A stretch of 64,000 bases of DNA, from NCBI GenBank assembly GCA_041671225.1, contig JBAZBY010000001.1:897130-961129 (forward strand), given 5' to 3'. A program made the translations under genes and the position numbers. Below the pieces are notes generated by a model. The model had not been told where the DNA came from. It made no database searches and saw nothing but the letters and a program-made list of their open reading frames with translations. How positions within the stretch are numbered: position 1 is the first letter of the stretch; every line of letters starts with the position of its first letter. Origin of the DNA: Patescibacteria group bacterium (GTDB lineage Bacteria > Patescibacteriota > Patescibacteriia > JBAZBY01). This document shows positions 57,504 to 64,000 of the stretch, piece by piece.

Positions 57504-58103
57504 CTATTGCTGGCGTTTTTTTAGCCACGCTCGAAATTGCTCGTCACGAGTAATATCACGATCAAGAAGCTCGCGAAGAATATCGGCCTTTCGCTTCTTA
57601 CTCCCGCGTGTTGCGTATTCCAAATAACGCTCTTCAGTGCGCGTCAAACGCAACGTGAACTTGATATCCGGCGTCTCACGAATCGTCACCTTTGCGAGTT
57701 GCCCAAGAAATTTTTCAATGATGCCGTGCAACATCTCCGGTGTGTACCATACCAGTGTAATATGTTTTGGAAGCTTATTCATGGTCAATGTTGCAAGATG
57801 CGCCGAATCAGATCCTTTTGCAATAAGAAGAAGGAGCGGCAATTTTTGTGTAAGCGCAAACGCGAGAAGATATCCAAGTTGTGAGTCCGATATGCTGGCC
57901 TCCAAAACAAGTGCATGCATCGCTTCTAAAAGTGTTGCTCCACGAGATTCGATCTCCTGTGCGCTTTCCGTTCCAAGATCAACGCGATCACCACGATTGG
58001 AGGAAAGGTTCACCTCCGCGCGTTTTAACAAAGCAAGAATTTCCTGCACAGATTCTTCCTGTGCAGTGGGAAGTTGTTCTGGAGCAAAGAAATAGAGGTT
58101 CAT
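57504..58103 (-). CDS. nucleoside 2-deoxyribosyltransferase-like (NDT/SLOG-like) domain protein with C-terminal RHH-like segment
   Basis: MNLYFFAP... and ...LVLEASISDSQLGYLLAFALTQKLPLLLLI resemble the NDT-family kiYlAGP / sDlvvA..d..GTafElGyAyAlgKPvi blocks. The C-terminus FTLRLTRTEERYLEYA...KADILRELLDR is ribbon-helix-helix-like. The start was set at MNLYFF, giving an ATGA overlap with the upstream stop; the ORF track starts at 58193. Confidence 0.4.
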   Translation of the reverse strand: MNLYFFAPEQLPTAQEESVQEILALLKRAEVNLSSNRGDRVDLGTESAQEIESRGATLLEAMHALVLEASISDSQLGYLLAFALTQKLPLLLLIAKGSDSAHLATLTMNKLPKHITLVWYTPEMLHGIIEKFLGQLAKVTIRETPDIKFTLRLTRTEERYLEYATRGSKKRKADILRELLDRDITRDEQFRAWLKKRQQ

Positions 58104-59122
58104 GCGCTTCCTTTCTTGATGAGTTCGCCGGTTACATTTTTTGTCAACAAACGTGCCGCCTTCTGAGGGTCTGTATGCTGTGCCAGCACCCACATCGTCT
58201 TTACTACCGCCATGGATCGCGTCATGTTGCCTGCAAAAATAACGCCAGGCGGAAGCACGGGCTGAGAAGATCCGCCATGAAATACGACGAGTTTTTCCTT
58301 TGCAAGAAGTGTCAGATCTGCGACACTCGCGGGATCCAATGGTTGTTCGCCGTCCATGTGCAATACAACGGCCTTCGTCTTTGGCGCGATGGCGGTTTGT
58401 AATCCAAGGGCTAACGATGGCTGAAACCCGAGCGATTGCACCTGCTCTTCAAGGCCTATCTTAAACACCGGCTTCTTTGTTGAACGCCGCGGACCACGCT
58501 GCGTGGTAAGGCGCAAACCAAAATCCACACCTCCATACGTATGATCACCAATGGTCGTGAAAGGATTCATTGCTTCATGCGTACTGCGGTCCACATGCAG
58601 GCCGGACATCAATCGATTACCAAACATGAACAACACCCCGCGAATATCCGAGACGGCAATATGCAGTGCATTGAGAAGATTTGCCTTCACGCCCAGACCA
58701 TGATACTGCGAGAAAACAGGTAAAAATGTTGCCGTGGTTCCTGTGCCGTGAAGCGCGTATGGCGAACTCGTAAAAATAATCGGCTTCCCCGGCTGCTGAA
58801 TCATTAAACTGATCGCCGCAATGGCATACTCAATATTTTGCAAATGATGCACAATAACGATTCCATCATACTCGTCATAGAGCTCTTTAATGCTCTCCGC
58901 GAGTGCAACAAATTCTTTTGGCCCAACACGAACGTCGTTTTCTCCAAATAAAAAATACGGCTCAAAATCCGCGACCATACGCAGTTCTTGCACCTGCTTC
59001 ACCCAAAGCGGAACATCCGTGGCCTTTTCAATCACGTTTCCTTTGCTTGGTCTATTGGTAAGCGCGGTGCCACCTGCAAGCAGTAGTGCAACGCGTCCCA
59101 TTATTTTTTCTGCCTTCTGCAC
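58100..59122 (-). CDS. L-asparaginase-family protein (second catalytic motif degenerate)
   Basis: N-terminal VALLLAGGTALT matches the asparaginase GGTI nucleophile block. The HGTDTM block reads VHHLQN. Confidence 0.5.
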   Translation of the reverse strand: MQKAEKIMGRVALLLAGGTALTNRPSKGNVIEKATDVPLWVKQVQELRMVADFEPYFLFGENDVRVGPKEFVALAESIKELYDEYDGIVIVHHLQNIEYAIAAISLMIQQPGKPIIFTSSPYALHGTGTTATFLPVFSQYHGLGVKANLLNALHIAVSDIRGVLFMFGNRLMSGLHVDRSTHEAMNPFTTIGDHTYGGVDFGLRLTTQRGPRRSTKKPVFKIGLEEQVQSLGFQPSLALGLQTAIAPKTKAVVLHMDGEQPLDPASVADLTLLAKEKLVVFHGGSSQPVLPPGVIFAGNMTRSMAVVKTMWVLAQHTDPQKAARLLTKNVTGELIKKGSA

Positions 59123-59178
59123 GACGGCGCTTCAATAATAAGACGGCGCCGTTATTCTACTGCGCGCACTCACGGTGG

Positions 59179-60525
59179 TCAAGACGACGTGGTGATATTC
59201 AAACGAATCACCGGCTTACTCTTTTGCCATGCAGCTCCTTGACGCACGAGTAACTCCCCTGCCAATGCGGGATCCTTGAGCAACGCGGCAACAACGGCTT
59301 CCATGCGCGCTGCCTGAGAGCCCTTCACCAATACAATATCTCCAGGCTCTAAAAGTGTATGCAAATGTGCGATTGCTTGCTCATGATGCTTCGCAATAAA
59401 CAACCGTTCCTGCGTCATGCCGCCTGCTTCTGCGCCGCGCGCAACGGCATGCGCGTGCTCACCCAAAACGATCAGCCCATCAAATGCCGCTTCCGCCACC
59501 ATGCGTCCTGTTTCTTCATGGAGCTGCTCAGCGGTTATTCCAAGTTCCGCCATATGACCGAGCACTGCATAACGACGAACAGGCCGATCCATGCTAGGAT
59601 CCAATGCGGCAACGGCTTGCAGTGCCGCATGAACAGCCCTCGGTGATGAGTTATAGGTATCATCAACAAGTAAAATGTCATCCATACCTTCAAGAAGTCG
59701 CATACGTCCAGGCGGGAAGCGTAATCCGGTCAGTGCCGCAGCCGCCTGCGGTAATGACACACCAACGACATGCCCAACTGCAGCAGCGGCAAGAAGGCTT
59801 GCCGCAATGCCCTCCCCAATCACCCCCTGCACAAAGATTTCTGCCGCATCATTCATATGTACGAGCCCCACATTCACGCCAAGAACAGCCTTACGAGTAT
59901 TGCTGGGGAGAGGCGGCCCATATGCCGGCGTTGCGATAGAAAGTCGCACCGTTGCATCTTCATTCTTTCCGAACGTAATGACTTTTGCTTTTGTTTGTGA
60001 AGCAAAATTACGCACGACTTCATCGTCGGCATTGAGAAGGGCAAAACCTTCGGCGGTAAGCGGCTTGATCACGCCGAACTTTTCCTTTGCCACATCACCG
60101 ATGCTGGAATAAAACTGCATATGCACCGGACTCACGGCCGTGACAACGCCGATGCGTGGTGGGGCGATCCACGTAAGATAGTGAATATCCCCCGGATGAT
60201 CCGCTGCCATCTCAAGTACAAGATACTTGGGATACGCACCCCCGCGTATCAGCTTCCACACTGCACCAAAAAAAACACCAAGCCAAAAAAAGGGATTTAC
60301 TCCCGCGCTCCCTTGCTTACCAAAAATGGTAAGTGGCACGCCAATTTCATTATTCAAATTACCTGAATTCTTACGGACCGTACCCGCACGCGCAAGTACA
60401 GCGGCAATGGCCTCCTTTGTGCTCGTCTTGCCAACGCTACCGGTCACTGCAACAACCGTCGGTTTAAAACGGCGAACGGTGCGCTGTGCAAGAAAACCGA
60501 GAAGACCCTGAAAAAGTTTACGCAT
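59179..60525 (-). CDS. murF: UDP-N-acetylmuramoyl-tripeptide--D-alanyl-D-alanine ligase, lacking the N-terminal domain
   Basis: P-loop VAVTGSVGKTSTKE and the C-terminal blocks VDDTYNSSPRAVHAAL, VLGHMAELG and VLVKGSQAARME are MurF-specific rather than MurE. The P-loop sits at residue ~27, versus ~107 in E. coli MurF. Confidence 0.7.
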   Translation of the reverse strand: MRKLFQGLLGFLAQRTVRRFKPTVVAVTGSVGKTSTKEAIAAVLARAGTVRKNSGNLNNEIGVPLTIFGKQGSAGVNPFFWLGVFFGAVWKLIRGGAYPKYLVLEMAADHPGDIHYLTWIAPPRIGVVTAVSPVHMQFYSSIGDVAKEKFGVIKPLTAEGFALLNADDEVVRNFASQTKAKVITFGKNEDATVRLSIATPAYGPPLPSNTRKAVLGVNVGLVHMNDAAEIFVQGVIGEGIAASLLAAAAVGHVVGVSLPQAAAALTGLRFPPGRMRLLEGMDDILLVDDTYNSSPRAVHAALQAVAALDPSMDRPVRRYAVLGHMAELGITAEQLHEETGRMVAEAAFDGLIVLGEHAHAVARGAEAGGMTQERLFIAKHHEQAIAHLHTLLEPGDIVLVKGSQAARMEAVVAALLKDPALAGELLVRQGAAWQKSKPVIRLNITTSS

Positions 60526-60533
60526 GATATGAC

Positions 60534-62309
60534 TTATGGAGTGCGACTTGGAGGGATATCGTAATACTGCAGCAAAAATTCCGCAATCTCGCCAAAGAGC
60601 GGTGCGGCCGTACTCTCCGCAAACTGTACCGTCTTTGGTTCATCGATCTTCACCACCATCACAAAAGCTGGGTCAGTCACCGGACCAAAACCGGCAAACG
60701 TCCCAATGGTGCGATCTTTGTCATAGCCAGGGCCGTTCTCATCAGGCACCTGCGCAGTTCCTGTTTTTCCTGCAATGTAATATCCTTCCACGCCAGCCTT
60801 CTTGCCATGCCCATTAATCACCACATTTGCAAGCATGCCCGCAAGCGTGCTCGCGGTTTTTGGTTGTATCACCTGTCGCACCTCTTCTGGTTCAGCCGCA
60901 ATATGATGTCCTGATGGTGTAATGCGTTCCTTAATAAGATACGGCTTCATCATCAATCCATGATTTGCTATTGCGCCAAATGACTGCAGTAACTGTAATG
61001 GCGTCGCGGTAATACCCTGCCCAAAGGATGCTGTTGCGGTATACAAATCATGAAGATTATCCAAAGAGCTGATGTTGCCCGGATGCTCGCCAGGTAATGA
61101 AATACCGGTTGCGGCGCCGAATCCAAAACGCTGCATATACGTACGGAAGGCTTCATTCCCCACCTGCTGTGCTGCAAAAATTGCCCCGGTGTTAATAGAT
61201 TCCTCAAGAACCTGCGTCATATTCTTCACGCCGTAGGTTTTGTCATCGGCATTCCGGATCGTGTACCCGGCAATCTCAACACTGCCCGTATCTTCATATG
61301 TTGTTTCTGGCGTCACCTTGCCAAGGTCCAACGCAGCGGCCATGGTAATCGGTTTCATGACTGATCCCGGCTCATACACATCTTCTACGGCTGCGTTGCG
61401 GAACACCTTGATCTCTTTCACATCGCCATAGGCATTTGGGTCATATGATGGTGCGCCGCACATTGCAATGATTGCACCGGTTGATGGGTCCATAATAATG
61501 ACGCTGCCGCTCACCGCACCATGTCGTTGCACTTCCTCCTCAAGACGCGTGCACGCAAAATATTGGATACTCTGATCAACTGTCAGAACAAAATCCGTTC
61601 CATCAACAGCAGACTTAAACAGGCGATCACCGGTGGGAATCAGTCTCCCACCGGCATCCTGCTGTGCCTGCAAATAACCGGGTTCACCGGCAAGTTCTTC
61701 CTCAAAGAACCCCTCCAGCCCATATTGCCCCAGGCGCGTATCGCCCGAGAATCCCAAAAATCCTGAGAGATGGGCGCTTGTCCGACCTTCAGGATAAAAA
61801 CGCTCATCTTCAGGTAAAAAACGCAAACCAGGAAGCGCTAAAGCCTCAATAGCTTCCTTCTGTTCTGGCGTTACTTTGTGCATCAGTGGCTCATAAAGAT
61901 CCCCTTCTTTTGAGAGACGTTCACGCAATACATCTTCGTCAAGATCAATATACCCTTTCAGTTTTGTGATCGTCTCCTCAATGCCTTCCACATCGCGCGG
62001 CACTGCATACAGAAGATACAGTTCGCGGTTTATCGCAAGAGGAATGGTCCCCTCATCGTGCGCGCTGGTAAGAAAAAGTTCACCGCGGCGCGGTGTGAGC
62101 TCCTCGCTTTTTTCATACTGCCCCTCGGCAAGCGCAACATAAAAACCATGATGCACAACTTGAAGCATCACGAGGCGGCCGGTAATGACCACGCCCAATG
62201 CAAGAACAGCCAAAAGCACCCATCCCATGCGATCCTTTGGGGGGCTTAAAGAAAAATGAGAACCTTGTTGCTTCCCGCGTTGTTGTGCTGCAAACCGAGT
62301 ATGTCGCAT
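60534..62309 (-). CDS. ftsI: penicillin-binding protein 2/3 family transpeptidase (FtsI-like)
   Basis: N-terminal TM and dimerisation domain. Transpeptidase motifs SVMK (SxxK), SIN (SxN) and KTGTAQ (KTG). Confidence 0.85.
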   Translation of the reverse strand: MRHTRFAAQQRGKQQGSHFSLSPPKDRMGWVLLAVLALGVVITGRLVMLQVVHHGFYVALAEGQYEKSEELTPRRGELFLTSAHDEGTIPLAINRELYLLYAVPRDVEGIEETITKLKGYIDLDEDVLRERLSKEGDLYEPLMHKVTPEQKEAIEALALPGLRFLPEDERFYPEGRTSAHLSGFLGFSGDTRLGQYGLEGFFEEELAGEPGYLQAQQDAGGRLIPTGDRLFKSAVDGTDFVLTVDQSIQYFACTRLEEEVQRHGAVSGSVIIMDPSTGAIIAMCGAPSYDPNAYGDVKEIKVFRNAAVEDVYEPGSVMKPITMAAALDLGKVTPETTYEDTGSVEIAGYTIRNADDKTYGVKNMTQVLEESINTGAIFAAQQVGNEAFRTYMQRFGFGAATGISLPGEHPGNISSLDNLHDLYTATASFGQGITATPLQLLQSFGAIANHGLMMKPYLIKERITPSGHHIAAEPEEVRQVIQPKTASTLAGMLANVVINGHGKKAGVEGYYIAGKTGTAQVPDENGPGYDKDRTIGTFAGFGPVTDPAFVMVVKIDEPKTVQFAESTAAPLFGEIAEFLLQYYDIPPSRTP

Positions 62310-62318
62310 GACGGTATC

Positions 62319-62684
62319 TTACCGTGCCGCGACTGTGCTGCCAACATCAGGGAGATACGTGATACTCTCACCACGAATCATGTCTTGTGCTTCAGCAAAT
62401 TGTTCAATTTTAGAAAGAGAAGAAAGTGCGCTCGCTTGATAGTGCAGACGGTCGTTTTCCAGTTCTAGCTCCTCAACGCGCTGTTCAAGATCTTTCAAAG
62501 CAAAACCCTCAACAGAACTCTTATTCAGAAGGCTCACATAGACCCCCCCAAGCGCAAAGGTGACCACGAGCATAATAGCGGTAATGCGAACACTACCAAT
62601 TGCATTCCAGGAAAAATGAAAACGTGCTGGACGTGTGCGCGCATGACGCTGCTGATGCTTGATTGCCGTGAGTTGTGGGGACAT
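62319..62684 (-). CDS. ftsL: FtsL-like bitopic division protein
   Basis: 121 aa, single TM followed by a coiled coil (LEQRVEELELENDRLHYQASAL). Positioned between rsmH and ftsI. Confidence 0.5.
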   Translation of the reverse strand: MSPQLTAIKHQQRHARTRPARFHFSWNAIGSVRITAIMLVVTFALGGVYVSLLNKSSVEGFALKDLEQRVEELELENDRLHYQASALSSLSKIEQFAEAQDMIRGESITYLPDVGSTVAAR

Positions 62685-62778
62685 GGGTTAGGCTGGTTAG
62701 CGGAGCTAGAGTGGTTAGAGGGTGAAAGTGATATTACACTCATCACCTAACGTCTCTAAAATCTCTAGCTTTCTATTT

Positions 62779-63711
62779 TTATATTCTTTCTGCCGCGCGG
62801 AGTTTTGCCGATCGGCTGCGCGGATTCTCCGCGATTTCTTCTTCGTCGGGCACAAGCGGTTTTTTAGTGATCAGCTTTACTGTTGGCTGCTCACTCCGAC
62901 TATGCTCGCGGAAAAAGTTTTTAACGATGCGATCCTCTAGAGAATGAAAACTGATGACCGTCATGCGACTCCCTGGCGTTAGAAGCTTGAGTGCCTCTGG
63001 AAGCGCCCGCTCTAACCTCCCGATCTCATCATTCACGGCAATGCGTAATGACTGAAAGATACGTGTTGCCGGATGCTTACCCCCGCGAAGATATGGTGTC
63101 CGCCCGCCTGTCTTGAACTTTTCTGCATACACATCGGTGACTAATTGTGCGAGTTCACCTGTTGTTTCAATAGGCTTCACAGAACGTTCATTGACGATAG
63201 CGTCGGCAATGGGGCTCGCAAACTTTTCTTCGCCATAAACGCGAAAGATTGTTGCGAGTTGAGAAGATGAAAGGGTCAAAAGAAGAAAAGCAGCCGTTGG
63301 TGTCTTCGTATCCTCTGGGTTGAACCGCATATCAAGCGGCCCATTCCGGAGAAACGAAAGGCCGCGGTTCACATCATCAAGAGCAAACGATGATACGCCC
63401 AGGTCAAGGAATACGTGGCGAGGCTGAGGTAAAGATGCGAGAGATACATGTTCGTTTCTTAAAATGTCATCAAATGCACCGTGGATAAATGTCGTGCGGT
63501 CTGCAAAACGCGCGAGGCGCTTCTTGGCAACGGCAATCATTGCCGCATCAAGATCAATGCCGACGTATGCGCCATCTGGCGCAGTACGTTCCAAGAGCAA
63601 TTCTGCGTGTCCACCTGCGCCAAGCGTCCCGTCAATGACGGTATCGCCTGGTTTTGGATCCAAGGCATGCAAAACTGCACGGGGTAAAACCGCCGTGTGG
63701 GGTGCTTCCAT
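62779..63711 (-). CDS. rsmH: 16S rRNA (cytosine1402-N4)-methyltransferase
   Basis: HTAVLPRAVLHALDPKPGDTVIDGTLGAGGHA is the classic MraW/RsmH N-terminus. Confidence 0.9.
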   Translation of the reverse strand: MEAPHTAVLPRAVLHALDPKPGDTVIDGTLGAGGHAELLLERTAPDGAYVGIDLDAAMIAVAKKRLARFADRTTFIHGAFDDILRNEHVSLASLPQPRHVFLDLGVSSFALDDVNRGLSFLRNGPLDMRFNPEDTKTPTAAFLLLTLSSSQLATIFRVYGEEKFASPIADAIVNERSVKPIETTGELAQLVTDVYAEKFKTGGRTPYLRGGKHPATRIFQSLRIAVNDEIGRLERALPEALKLLTPGSRMTVISFHSLEDRIVKNFFREHSRSEQPTVKLITKKPLVPDEEEIAENPRSRSAKLRAAERI

Positions 63712-63760
63712 ACCTCAAACGTTTATACAAGCATGGTAAACGTCTGAAATTCGGCTACAC

Positions 63761-64000
63761 TTATACCCCGAGGTCGCCGAGTGCTTCCGCAATATCCCCT
63801 GACGTCCGCTCGGTTGTGCTCTTATATGACTCCCACTCTTTCTCATCCCAGAGTTCGAGTCGATTCATAAGGCCTGCAACCACCACCTTTTTACCAATAC
63901 CTGCGTATTGCCGCAGATATTCTGGTAAAACGATACGTCCCTGACCATCAAGTGGTGCTTCCATTGCGCCAGCAAGCATCAGGCGCGAGAACGCGCGAGT
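63761..64000 (-). CDS. mraZ: transcriptional regulator MraZ, 5' partial (C-terminal half in window)
   Basis: LDGQGRIVLPEYLRQYAGIGKKVVVAGLMNRLELWDEKEW matches the second MraZ DxxGR repeat. The frame is open to the window edge. Confidence 0.7.
   Translation of the reverse strand, partial: TRAFSRLMLAGAMEAPLDGQGRIVLPEYLRQYAGIGKKVVVAGLMNRLELWDEKEWESYKSTTERTSGDIAEALGDLGV

Noticed and set aside
59144-59172. Hairpin ACGGCGC-15 nt-GCGCCGT between murF and the asparaginase-like gene
   Set aside because: It has a 7-bp stem but no flanking U-run on either strand, so I did not call it a terminator.

Overview
This 64-kb window is dense, mostly operonic bacterial sequence with no rRNA, tRNA, CRISPR or transposase that I can see. 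The gene content, 4-nt ATGA start/stop overlaps at about 15 gene junctions, sparse Shine-Dalgarno usage, a PEGA-domain protein and a paralogous family of large GT-C membrane proteins suggest a small-genome, possibly CPR/Patescibacteria-like organism. That lineage call is inference. TGA is clearly used as a stop codon, so the genetic code is standard.

Layout from start to end:
- 1-7160: a partial ArnT/PMT-like GT-C gene, then a type IV pilus assembly operon (pilB, pilC, pilM, pilN, pilO plus a translationally coupled 86-aa ORF).
- 7207-12103: a stand-alone rpmA with a terminator shared convergently with pyrG, then a minus-strand coupled housekeeping string murA-ctpA-rplI-pyrG.
- 12147-22133: a PEGA-domain protein, then a minus-strand operon for dTDP-rhamnose synthesis (rmlA, rmlD, rmlB ... 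rmlC). This operon is interrupted by ahcY and a PfkB kinase, and is followed by a GT-C membrane protein with a periplasmic partner.
- 22203-48516: a roughly 26-kb surface-glycan island. It carries two SAM methyltransferases, a UDP-GlcA 4-epimerase, ugd, a wecC-like dehydrogenase, uxs and metK. It has five GT2 enzymes (three of them polyprenyl-phosphate DPM1/GtrB-like), four GT4 enzymes and two Wzx-like flippases. It also has GtrA, three more large GT-C/YfhO-like membrane proteins, and an operon GT4-GT2-Wzx-1003-aa membrane protein chained by four consecutive ATGA overlaps.
- 48516-54695: a secreted-protein cluster. It holds an S8 subtilisin fused to a seven-repeat FG-GAP-like beta-propeller encoded by ~150-nt DNA tandem repeats, an HtrA-like PDZ protein with an apparently degenerate catalytic triad, a polytopic membrane protein, an N/T-rich protein with thrombospondin-type-3-like Ca-binding repeats, and a DoxX-like membrane protein.
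- 54667-59122: xseB/xseA, a LOG-family (COG1611) protein, then a 640-nt ORF-poor region. That region holds a strongly SD-led 57-aa zinc-ribbon ORF and a long imperfect inverted repeat. An NDT-like/RHH-like protein and an asparaginase-family protein follow.
- 59179-64000: an abbreviated division/cell-wall cluster on the minus strand (mraZ partial, rsmH, ftsL-like, ftsI, and a murF that lacks its N-terminal domain; no murE).

The best candidates for an undescribed system are two. The first is the lipid-linked-sugar (GT2 + GtrA/Wzx + multiple GT-C) decoration machinery. The second is the small module at 56.1-58.2 kb: LOG-like protein, zinc-ribbon miniprotein, inverted-repeat RNA or DNA element, NDT-like-RHH protein.
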